Shown here: positions 1 through 12,300 of the stretch, piece by piece
How the letters are laid out: every line of letters starts with the position of its first letter
Position numbering within the stretch: the stretch's first letter is position 1
Source of the DNA: Tubiluchus corallicola
Taxonomy: Eukaryota; Animalia; Priapulida
Reading direction: 5' to 3'
DNA: 64,000 bases
NCBI GenBank assembly: GCA_030141605.1
Contig: JAQGDQ010000991.1
Location: 8,366-72,365, forward strand
Notes under the pieces: model-generated
What the model was told of the DNA's origin: nothing
Databases searched by the model: none
The model's input: only the letters and a program-made list of their open reading frames with translations
Translations under genes and position numbers: made by a program

Positions 1-1722
1 ATCGAATTTTAATATATTACCGGCAAACGACGTTGTAAAAGACGAATGACACACTAAAATAAAAGGGGCAAAATTGTCGGAACGACCGGAATTTTAATGT
101 CGTTACAATATACAGTACTGTATGTTGACAATGTCTCGACTCTTTATTTAGCAGAAACTAAGTGAAAGATTTGTGTGTTATGTACATATACGCTTAAGTG
201 GCATATAATTATTTTCCTCCGGTGTCAGGAAGACTATTATTCTAACCATTGTAAGGTAATTGAGTTGACTTTATCGCTCGTCTGCACACCTTTTCTTGGG
301 TAGTTTTGATCAGGTTCATAGATTTTAGTTTATTTTGGATGCGCCCCCTTCAACGCAGGTATTACAGAACTAGTAGTTTGTTCCCTTAAGGCTAAAACTT
401 AGCAGAACCTTGTGAGTGTAGTACATGTTGTTGCATTCATTACGTAACAGTCTAAGGTGAAACATTTAACTTGGAAGTTTGCTTTTCATGGAAATTATAG
501 GTTGACAGTCAAGTTACTCTGCTGTGTACATGTTCATGTGCAAAAACGTTTTTGCAATGTCTGTGAATTGGAACTGGAATAATTGTTGTGCCATATAAAT
601 TACACATTAATTGTAGTTTACGCTTTGTCCTAAACACCTCGCTGACAAGGTAAGATTACTATAGAAACAGTATAATGTATTACCGGTTTCTGACAGGTCA
701 CTTTACATTCTTTCATTTTTATAAATAAACTAAAATGGTTTGAAAACAAGCATGAATTAAATTCATTCTGAAAAGAACTTTTCATAATATCTATTATATA
801 GCCTCATAAGATTTTGGAAAGAGAAGTCAAATCTTCAAATCGCATGAGAGAGGTAAATTTTGCCTTCAATAATTCGCCAAGAGATCATCATATTAATAGT
901 GACCTGTAAAAGTATATATTACAAAAATAACGAAAGAATTCCTAAAAATTGTTACTCTGTCAGAACTCACTAAAATTACAGCAAAATTTGAAAAGAAAAA
1001 CAGTCTTCAATTAAATGTGCATACCGTGAATTTTAAATGTATATTCACTATTGTTTTCACAGCCCCAAGGGGGCAAAGTAATCGCGATTCACAGTAGTGA
1101 CTTTCGAGGCTCCCAGTACGCCTAATGCTTAGCCTTTTTTCCATGTTCCATAAAAGAAAGAATTTCACATCCGGGTGCTAAAGGATTTCTGCCAGCTCAG
1201 TGTCTGGCGACTCTGGTCCAAGAAACAGATTCTTAAAAATGAGTCTGATTGCGATCATGCAAAACCATGTAAAATGTCCTGTTTTCACTGCTGTATCCTG
1301 TCTTGTACAAGAAAGTGTAATCACTGTGCATTTTTGTAGGTGTTAACCCATGCTGGTCAGCTAGTCGTTTTGTAAAGATCAGTATAGTGCATATTTTAAA
1401 GTAAGGAATATCGTAGCTTTGTTCGCTGTGAATAATGAATACAGTAGTACGTCGAATGTTAGCGTATTATCGACGATTAGTGGGTGCATATGCATGGCGT
1501 AGAAACAGTATGTAGATCTACACACTGCTCCAGACACGAATACATTCTCAGCAGGCTTTAAAGTTTATTAAGCGTCTGCGTTCTTGTAAAATGACCGAGG
1601 GCTGTCTGAAATACTGGTTTTCGGTTTTATTATTTTAGTTTGAAATTTTTGTTGGGAATGATGTGTACGCTCCCTAAGCAAGTAGCTAGTGTTTGAACGT
1701 ACTGCTTAGTGTATACTATAAT

Positions 1723-2968
1723 GGTATCCACCCATTTCACCAGTTGACATTTCGTCGGTTTTACAGTTCGCCAAAAGTGTACTTCGCTATTGATACACAT
1801 TAAAGAGGTACATTTTGCCAGTACACATTCTGCCAGTGGTGTATTTCGCCAGTAAAATTTCTCTGTTATGTTATTGCTTTATCGTTTAATAAAAAGTTCG
1901 CCAATGGTACAGCTTGCCAGTGTGCACCCCGCCAGTAGTACGGTTCACTAGCAAAATTTCTGTAATGTTATTACAGTAATTGATCCAGTAAAATTTCTTT
2001 TTTATGTCATCACTTTTTCCTCTAACAAAATGTTTTTGTTCGCCTGCAGTTCGCCAGCACACATTTCGGGCTGGTACATCTTGCCAGTAAAATTTCTTTG
2101 CCATAATGCATATCTTGGGTTTTATTTGTTTTGTTAATTTTAGTTTTCATATTAATTTTGGGTTTTATTAACGTTTCATTTTGGCAACAGTTCATTTCGC
2201 TGTTCGTACATGCTTCGTACATATTGTTCTGCACTTCGCTATTGTCCTTACCTTTATTATAAGTATTAATACGTCTCCTATCAGTGATTCATATTTTGCC
2301 GTCGATCGATCGTTCTAAATATCATTTGGTATATGTAATGAAGATTTATTGAAAATCAATGGCTCAGAAGAAACGTTGAGTCAAAGAGCCCCGTACTGCA
2401 CCTACTTCAAAAGGTGGATTCATTGAAAGTGTACTAATTGAAATGTAACGTGTTATGAACAATTATCACTTGAGATGGATGATTGGTTTCGTCATTTTTG
2501 CTTAGAAGCGATATTCTCATTTAATAATGTAATTGATGAAATTGAATTTAAACTAAATACATGCTTTGCGAAAATTGGATTGATGATAACGAATTAATGA
2601 ATTTGGGCTTAACGGATCAAATCGACTTTATATGCATATTAGCGAAATGTACCACTGGCGAACTTTAGCCGAAACAATAAGATAATAACACAACGGAGAA
2701 AACTTTACTCGCGAAATGTGTCATTGGCGAAATGTGTACTGGCGAAATGTGTCACTGGAGAAATGTACGACTGACGAACTGTGCCAATGGTAAACTACAT
2801 ACCTCTGGCGAACTGCACCACCCTCGAAATGTGCAACTGGCGAACTGTACCGCTGGGGTAATGTACTCCTGGCGAACTGTACCATTGGCGAAGTGTGCCA
2901 TTTGTGAAACATGCCACCAGCGAAATGTACCACTGACAATATGTGCACTGGCGAAGTGGCATACATTC
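1723..2968. mobile_element. Foldback/Mutator-type non-autonomous element with modular inverted arrays
   Basis: Left arrays of TTCGCCAG(T), right arrays of ACTGGCGAA; identical 9-bp flanks TACTATAAT at 1714-1722 and 2969-2977. Confidence 0.7.
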
Positions 2969-3405
2969 TACTATAATACACTTTCACATCAGGCTGTCGT
3001 TATTACACGTGTGAGCAGCTTCATAATTAACTGACCCTAGAATTTTTCACAAACAATTCTTATTTTTCGGCACTTGGTGCAAGACTTGTTTTCTTCTGCA
3101 CCAGGGAGCCAGTAAAACGCGCGTCCTTGGACGTTTTCGCATTTTTTAAGATCATGATATGTGCGTGAAATGAAACGAAAGTTCCAAGTGAAGTGTTGAT
3201 TTGGTTTAACCAAAGTTCTGACGTTTGTTCACTGCAGGTGTCGTTAATTTTCGTGCAAGTTGCATCAGCGAAACTCAACAATGACCACTCTGACCGCTAC
3301 AAATCAAATAAAATTCAGGTATTTTTACGTACTTACTCATTTTAACAAGTTGCTAGGCCAAAACCATTCTATTCACGTTGGTTTAATACGATTGACTGTC
3401 TTATC

Positions 3406-4164
3406 AACTTCATTCTTAGGTGCTTCTCACTGTTATGTTATTCTGCCGCGGTCCTATTGATTTCTTACTGTTCTAACTAAGGGTTTGTGGTGTTATTTTC
3501 ACTTGCTCTTATTTTTTTTGCAACTATGTCTGTCTGTTTGTTTGTTTCATTTGTTTGTTTGAATCATTATTTATTCTGGTGTTTTGGCCAATTCGATTCT
3601 CGATTTAAATCCATACAGGTAATTTTTTATGTTTCATTTTTAGCATACCAATTATCACGTTAAAATGACGGGATATAAATGAAAATAACAAATGCTAAGC
3701 AAGACTAAGTGTAGGATTAGAGATATGGACAATCATTCCATTGTTATAAATATCATAGTATTACAGCTTATTTTTATCATTATTTTTTTGTTAAATTTTG
3801 TTTTGTTTTTTCCTGCTTAATTTTTGTTATAATTTAGTTTCATGTTAGTCAGCATTTATTACTGTTAACATGACGGTTATTGTTATTTTCATTTATATCC
3901 CGTCATTTTAACTTGATAATTGGTAAGCTAAAAATGAAACATAAAAAATTATATGTATGGATTTAAATCGAGAATCTAATTGGCCTAAACACCTGAATCA
4001 ATAATGATTCAAACAAACAAATGAAACAAACAAACAGACAGACATAGTTGCAAACAAATAAAAGCAAATGAAAATAACACCACAAACCTTTAGTTAGAAC
4101 AATAAGAAATAAATAGGACCGCGGCAGAATAACATAACAGTGAGAAGTACTTAAGAATGAAGTT
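3406..4164. mobile_element. Palindromic MITE-like element (~285-bp inverted arms)
   Basis: 3406-~3690 is the reverse complement of ~3880-4164. Confidence 0.75.
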
Positions 4165-4187
4165 TTAGGCTATCTAGTAGAAAAACT

Positions 4188-4289
4188 GGAGAGTATAGGA
4201 CTGTTTGCCTGCTTTTTGTACATTTTACAATGTAACCAGAGATTCTAAAATCACCTGTTCTTGAGGAAGTTAATTGCTTTAGTATTATA

Positions 4290-4361
<72 letters not shown>

Positions 4362-5529
4362 TAATAATAATAGTTTATTCTTTAAAACGCAGTCCATCTA
4401 AAGATCTCAGTTCTTTATACAATAAAATTAAAAGAGATAAAAAATCACGAAATCAATCGTAATAAAAAGAATTATGCAGTTACAAATTTAAAAGAAATAG
4501 CTGCGTATGCGCCGCATAAAGATTCACAGCTTCACAGTTACAGTTTACAGTAAAAATAGTTAGAACAGTTACAGTTTACAGTAGAAATAGTTAGAACAGT
4601 TACAGTTTACAGTAAAAATAGTTAGAACAGTTACAGTTTACAGTAAAAATAGTTAGAACAGTTACAGTTTACAGTAAAAATAGTTAGAACAGTTACAATT
4701 TAAAATTTATAGGTCAAAATTTGCACGAAAATGAATAGAATGTTTACAAATGAAAATACAGAGCTTAAATTAATGTCTTAATTTAAGTCAAAAATTAAAT
4801 TTAAATTTGATTTAATTAAACTAAATTAAATTAATGAATACACCTACAATATTCATCAATAACTTGTCATGGACGAAAAGTATGCTGTGGGGAGAATCGA
4901 TAACTGAGTTGTCATTTTTATAAATTTGACAAGCTCAACGCGCATGTCATGTTCGTTAACACAGTCATCTTCGCTAACACCTAATTTCATCAATCTTTTC
5001 ATTAAAATTGAAACGTATTTGCAGCTGTGTGATAGAAGGCAACAAACTTAAAGGACAAGAAAAGTTTTAAATTTTGTTTCATGTTAAATTTCATTTTAAA
5101 TTTCCCGGGACACTATTCCGAAGTCGCCATTGCTTGACATCACCTACGCACAACTCAAATCAGAGAAAGAAAACGCAATGTTAAACTATGTCCCAAAAAA
5201 CTTTCCATGTAAAATTATATTACTTAGCATTTTGCTTACCTGCTTGAAAGACTTATGTAATTAGAAAAAAATATTAATTATTTAATATTCTTTCACCAAT
5301 TGATAAAATGTCGCTGACTCACCCTCCAGGGGGCACCACTCACTAACAAAAAAACGCATTTTTAATCTTATTGACAATATACAGTAATTTTAAATTTTAT
5401 TTAGTTAGTGACGTGTGCGCTATGAATGGAGAGTATAGGACTGTTTGCCTGCTTTTTGTACATTTTACAATGTAACCAGAGATTCTAAAATCACCTGTTC
5501 TTGAGGAAGTTAATTGCTTTAGTATTATA

Positions 5530-5600
<71 letters not shown>
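4188..5600 (+). repeat. Direct duplication of ~105 bp plus (AAT)n at ~4188-4370 and ~5427-5600
   Basis: Both copies read TGGAGAGTATAGGACTG...CTTTAGTATTATAATAT followed by (AAT)n. Confidence 0.8.
4535..4700. repeat. 31-bp tandem repeat (~5 copies)
   Basis: ACAGTTACAGTTTACAGTAAAAATAGTTAGA. Confidence 0.9.
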
Positions 5601-5604
<4 letters not shown>

Positions 5605-5624
5605 TAACAATAATATTTATTATT

Positions 5625-5705
5625 AGTATTATTATTGTTGTTGTTGTTGTTGTTATTATTATTATTATTATTATTGTTGTTGTTATTATTATTATTATTA
5701 TTATT

Positions 5706-5741
<36 letters not shown>

Positions 5742-5764
5742 ATTGTTGTTGTTGTTATTATTAT
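5625..5764. repeat. Compound (ATT)n/(GTT)n microsatellite
   Basis: Direct reading. Confidence 0.9.
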
Positions 5765-6079
5765 TAGGGTTGAGCATTCTCTTCCAGAAAGCGATCTCGA
5801 ATGCAATCGAATTTGTGACTTTCGAATTCGAAATGGGCAGAATTTCAGTATATTTTTAATGTATATTATACTCGATTTTGTTCTAATAATTTGACTAAAA
5901 TTTGTGCATAGAAATCGCAGGCAGATTCTGCTAGCTGCACAATGTTTCAAATGTTTTAATGATAAAGAACATTATGTGGGTTGAAATGCTGAATTAGATA
6001 AATCTATAATTTTAGGTACGAATCGAATTCGATTTGAACATAAGAACTCGAGCATTCGATGATCAATTGCTCACCCCTA
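5765..6079. mobile_element. hAT-like MITE inserted in microsatellite
   Basis: TIRs TAGGGTTGAGCA / TGCTCACCCCTA; internal TCGAAT repeats. Confidence 0.55.
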
Positions 6080-6338
6080 ATTACTACTACTACTACTACT
6101 ACTATTATTATTATTATTATTATTAGAGCTTACCCATGCCTTCGTAATAACAGTTTTGCCAACTCATTACAGAACAATTATTAGGAGCTTTTAGGACAAT
6201 AAAATTTAAGTACAGAAAGTTTTTAGAGTTTAGACATAAGCTAGTGGAAACTTTTTTATTTATTGCCACTACGTTATTTGTATGCAAGTCAGCACAACAT
6301 AAATTCACTGATCTGTGTTGTTAGTTGTTACTTTTCAG

Positions 6339-6378
6339 ATTATGCTTACACAAATGAAAATGTTTTTCAAAACTTTCA
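6339..6378 (+). CDS. M13 peptidase exon, cytosolic N-terminal tail (xYAYTNENVFQNF)
   Basis: ttttcag acceptor, gtgagg donor, phase fits next exon. Confidence 0.55.
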
Positions 6379-9300
6379 GTGAGGTGCAGAGAAAACTGCA
6401 GATATTGTATAATAATAATTGAATTCTCGGAACTATTTTAATTATTGTAATTAAATTAATTATTTTCTTTACTGATTTCAAATTAAGTAACCTTTTTTAA
6501 TTTTAGTGGGTCAAAATGGAGTTCATCACACAAATCCCTACTAGCAGTATGTATCATCTTGTTCCTCATTGCAGCAGGACTCGCTGTAGCTTTAGGAGTA
6601 ATGGTCACCAGAATGCAAGGTAGAATTAAGGTATCTTTAGACAGGCTAAATTTTATATACAGAGTCTTAAGCACGTAAACTGACATGCATTATTATACCT
6701 ATCTTGAGTCAATGGTGGTTAATCATTTGCGATCTTGCTCACAGCCCAAAACATAAACTGTACATGTACAGTTGAATTTGAATTTTTGGAATATTTTGTT
6801 ACTGGTGTAATGTAAATTAAGCCACTGCGTTACATTAATTTTAATTTCAATGGGCCATTCCGTTTAATTACATTCCAATGGGCTTACACTATGCGTGTTA
6901 CACGTATTCTTATATCTTGGCCTTTCTTGCGTTTGCGACCAGTGCGTTTGCTCCTGCTTTGCTTGATTATATAACCCATAGACTTACTGTAGAAGATGTG
7001 TCTTTTATCTAGCTCTATGGTATAACCACAACTATTTCTCACAGTGCCCGTCACGACGCCTTTAGAATTCCATTCGCATAATAAATATAGTGAGTTACGA
7101 TAGTAATTTTTATGGTTAGTCTGCATATCGACCAGCGACGTTATAGAGTACCTGGCCTTCGATGTAGGAGATTTTTGCATTGATATCCCATATTGCTTAA
7201 CACAGTCTGATTTGATACGCGGAATTATTATTATTATTAACCACTTCAGTGCCGTGCAATTTGTATTCCAGCTGGTGCGCAAGAATATTTTGACAAAAAA
7301 TGAAAAGTTGCTACTGTTATAGGCACTGCAGAGTTATTATAGCATGGTTGTTACTACATCACAACCACTTCTATTGTTACTATTGCCGTTGCTAGCATCT
7401 CCTCGATGTATTACTATCAGCAAACTTGTGAGAGTGATGAAGAATATTGAGAAAAAAGAGGAAGGGAAAGCAGAAAAGAAAGAAAAGTAGAAGAAAATAA
7501 AAGCAAAGTTTCTGATACGCAAAACATTGTTGTGTTGTTACAGAATAAACTTTTAATATGATTTAAATTCACAAAAATACTGTAACTGTAATTTTTTCTA
7601 AAAGTATATTAGTGTCGTTATCATTGTCGTCATCAGTATCCCACCGTCATCATCTCTACACTTGAATTGGTACTTTGTGATTCTAAAAAAAGCATTACAC
7701 GTTCAAGCATAAATACAAGAGCAGATATTGTCTAATTTATATGCACATGCACATCACACAAGCATTCACGCAAACGCATCACGCAAGCATCCACACATAC
7801 AGTTTTTGCAACTTTTTAGCCAGAGTAGGGAGATTTCCCAAAAAAAATCAGCTAGGGTCTGAAGGAGCCTTGTAAGCTCCACTGGTGATGTCTGGGACAG
7901 AGCCCTGATGCTTTTTGTATGTTCTATTTTAACATCACACCTCAGACAGCACTTTTTGCTTTGAAAAACTTTTTGGCATTTTTTTTTCATGCGCATGTCA
8001 ATTCCCAGTGGTGTAGTGGCTAACGTTGCCCTGAAAGTAGAAGGCCTACGTTCGAGTCTTAGTTGAGGTGCAAAATTTTTTTAGTGTTTCTAATTTAGTA
8101 TTTCTGTTGTGTATTTATTATATAATTTTGCCACTTTTATGTTTTTTTTGTGTTTATTTGCAAGGCTTGAAGCAACATGAGAGAATCTGCAATGAACCAG
8201 TTTGTGTTAAAGCAGGTAGGATGCAAAATTACAAATTTTGATTACATTTGCTTCGTGGCTGCAAAATGTAAGACTTTCCCTTGTTGCTTGTGTAAAGGGA
8301 ATCATTTTAGAAATATTAACTCCTTCAGGACCATTCAAAATAGGTTTTATAAGACCTATGAATTTTGTACTATAATATAGGCACAGACTTAACTAAATGA
8401 TTACAAATTAGGTTTTATTCTCTTCAGCAGAATCTATTCCATCCAATCATGCTACTTGTTTAAACATTGATAAGTGACTTAATTGGATTAAAATTAAGAA
8501 AAGCACGCCCTCTTTACGCACTCAAACTTGAGTAGCTTGGTCTGATGCACACTTGTGTGAAAGTACACACTACTTTGTTGGTCGCCTGCTTCCTACTGCC
8601 TGCCGTACAGAGTTCCAGGAAAAGCTGACCGATCAGCCAAGAACAAATTAAGGTTGTTTCATCTTTCAACAGGAATTTCTCCTTAAAAGCAAGAGTAGAC
8701 TTATGGCGATAGTGTATTAGCGTGTTGGGTCTGGATAGTTGAAATTTTCTGTGTCGATTTCATACATGCGATACTGTACTTTGTTCCACTACAAACACTG
8801 CACTTACTGAAAGCTTTTTTCAATTTTTTCATCGAAAATCAAGTCTAAAAAACAAATTTTCAATTTATAATTTTGCATGGAAATCCATTGCACAAGGAGT
8901 AGAAACCTACAAAAATTATCAAATATAACGTAATCTCTGCTTAATGAGAGCAATTTTTCATGAATCTATGCAAAATGCAGTAAACGCTTATGGTCCTGAA
9001 AGAGTTAAGGGAAATCTTAACAAGTCTCTTCTACATATATAAATGATAACTGATAATTGTAACTGAGAACTATATGTAGTAACTGATAACTTCCTTGACA
9101 TTTTCTAGATTTTCTGAGATGTTAGTCTTAATTTTTTTGTTTAGCTTGTATTTATTTTAAACTGAGCTGAAGATTGCAGAAATCTGTGTAACTTTTAAAG
9201 CAATAATAGTGTTTCCGCTAGTTCTTTAAAATTCAAAGCTTTCCATGTGGTTCAATAAAGCAAATCATTTGTTTTTGTTTTTTGTTAATGAAACGGTAAT

Positions 9301-12300
9301 GCAATTTCTGCTTATCTTGGATTTCTTATTTTCCTGCCTGATAATGCTGATTTAAATCTAGTTTTCACCTTCTGGAATTATTATATTATAAATTATACAA
9401 TAATAATGTAAAGAAAATTCAAAACTCGAGCATGGACAGTATTAAATTAATGTTATACTCAACTAATGATAGTTATTGTCACTTAAGAAGAAAGTATGGC
9501 TTATCTTTGAGGTTGGTAACATGAATGTTAAAAACCTAGTTATTAATGTGTTTAATGTGTGTTTGCAAGATTATCTGTGAAAGATAAGTGACAACCAATG
9601 ATATTTTACGTACGATTATGTAAGATTGTTGTCATTTTTAAAAATTATTTATTTTATGCATACTAATTTCTTTCCTTTTTGTGTGCTTATATACCAACTT
9701 TTCCTTGTTATAATATGTTGTAATGTGAATATATGGTTGTGTCTGTAATGGCACGAAATGAAATAATAATAATTAAATTATTAATTTTCTCAGCTGCGTC
9801 GCTGGTTGCCAACATGGATCTGTCCGCAAATCCATGTCATGACTTCTACCAGTATGCATGTGGTGGCTGGAAGGAAAAGAATGACATTCCTGATGACAAA
9901 GCAATGTGGTCTACCTTTGACATTATGGACGAGGAACTATATCGCGAGTTGAGAGGTATGTACACATTATCCTCTGGAAGCTCGACTACACAAACCATTT
10001 ATAATTATCTTATGCATTTTATGTAGGCATAAGTTATCTTACTTTTTGTAACTTAAAATTTGAAGCTTTCTCAACTTTCAGAATTTAAGGCGAAATTTAA
10101 TCTTTTGCAAGTTGTAAAATTTATGCAGAGTAAAATTTTGTTTAAAGCTGTCATACTTAAAGCTACATTATGATGCTTCAAAGTAGATTGGTTAAGTGTC
10201 AATTTTTTGTTTCATAAAAACAAGCGCTAAATGTATTTAACTTTTATATCCTAGTTACAAATTATCAAGAAAATGTTAAAAAAAACTAAGCTCAATTGCT
10301 AACTTATATGTATATATAAGATCGTTGTAATTTTTAAAAATTGTTTATTTTATGCATATAATATATAGAGTTTATGCATAAATATATATATATATTTATG
10401 TAACTTATATATAATTAGATATATAATTATATTGGTCTTCCTGAAAGATTGGAACATACAATGTAAAAAACAATATGTTGCCTCGAAATACTTTTAGCCA
10501 TATGTGTAAGTCATTCTATTTTGTACATTTTTTGCAGCCCTGCTGTCAAAGAAGTACGAAGGACCTAGTAAAGCTGTTGAAAAAGTAATTCAGCATTACA
10601 AATTATGTTTAGATGAAGGTGAGTTCAAAACTTCTAATTTGTATGTTGTAAGAGTGGGAATTGTTGGCTGATTGTTGTGAGGCAGTTACTGTATTTGCTG
10701 TTTGTTGTGTGGCAGTTACTGTATGTGCTGATTGTTGTGTGGCAGTTACTGTATATGCTGATTGTTGTGTGGCAGTTACTGTATATGCTGATGTTGTGTG
10801 GCAGTTACTGTATGTGCTGATTGTTGTGTGGCAGTTACTGTAGTGCTGATTGTTGTGTGGCAGTTACTGTATGTGCTGATTGTTGTGTGGCAGTTACTGT
10901 ATGTGCTGATTGTTGTGTGGCAGTTACTGTATGTGCTGATTGTTGTGTGGCAGTTACTGTATGTGCTGATGTTGTGTGGCAGTTAGTGTATGTGATGATT
11001 GTTGTGTGGCAGTTACTGTATGTGCTGATGTTGTGTGACAGTTACTGTATGTGATGATTGTTGTGTGGCAGTTACTGTATGTATTGATTGTTGTGCAGCA
11101 TTACTTTATGTATTGATTGTTGTGTGGCATCAGCATGTGTTAGTGTTGTTGTTGTTGTCACATTTATTTTTGAAAACTCTCATAGGTCGTAGTTTTCATT
11201 GTAGGTGACTCAAATTTTGCATGCAGATACAAGGGACCCATTTTTCACTTTCAACACGTCCCTCAATTATTCCCATTAAATGGACCACTCCAGCTTCACT
11301 GATCATATGCCGTGGTTTCTTTTATTCTAATGTATTCTAATTGAATTGAATTTATTTTGCCTGAATACATAAAACAGTATAAAAAAAATTAATATTGGAT
11401 TATATAATTAGTATAAATACATTACGTAATGTATATTTAGATCTGCCCCCAGTAATGCATATTATAATTTTTATGTAAGATGGATTCATGACAAAAGTAA
11501 ACACTTCCCTTCACTTTGTTGTGGAAGTCATTATCTTTACAAGAAATGAGTAAGTAAGACTTGCTGGATCCAAGCATATTAATGCTTCCATTCTAGTTTA
11601 ATCCTCTCGTACATAATCACCAATATCACTTCACCAGATTTAATGAATATAATATTCCATTTTGCTGGACCAATGTTGTCAGACACTTTGTAAATTTCGC
11701 TGCTCCAAATTTATGGAATAAAGTATCAATTTATGTTACAACACGTCGAACGTTATATGGTTTTAAAAAATATATGAAATCTCTTCTACTCTGATCCTAC
11801 TAATAATGGCTTTTTAGGGTTGTGCCGCAAACTGCAATAGTTACAGTACATCCCCCGCCTCATTACTTTGCAGTTTATATTTTCATACTTTTGCATCACA
11901 TCTCTGCTGAACTCCTTTCTATTTCATTTCTTTTCTTTCTTTATCTTTATCTTTATCTTTCTTATTCTGTTATTTTATCTGTTTTTCTATAATTCTTTCT
12001 CTTGTTAATTAAGCATTTTTTTCTCCACTTTTCATGGTGGACTTACACGCTTTGCTTCTTGACCACCATCCATCATATATTTCCTGTTGATAAGCTATAT
12101 TAATATAGTTCTTTTACAATTATTGTAACTGCAATTGCTTGGATGAATAACAGTTATAATGTGACAGTATAAATTACAATTATGCTGATGTGAATAATAA
12201 ATTATAATTACAATTACAATAGTTTAGATTAAACAGCTCCCTGACTGACATTTCTTCCACCCATGCCCTTATAAAGCTTTGAGCTTTACTGGATTTATTC

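Noticed and set aside
130-1400. Candidate start/5' UTR exons of the M13 gene (donors near 255, 649, 1077, 1400)
   Set aside because: No ATG-initiated phase-1 exon could be linked to 6339 with confidence
5397-5950. Poly-N/I/L/V ORFs
   Set aside because: Trinucleotide microsatellite translations
8005-8072. Functional tRNA gene
   Set aside because: A/B boxes present but acceptor and anticodon stems do not pair convincingly
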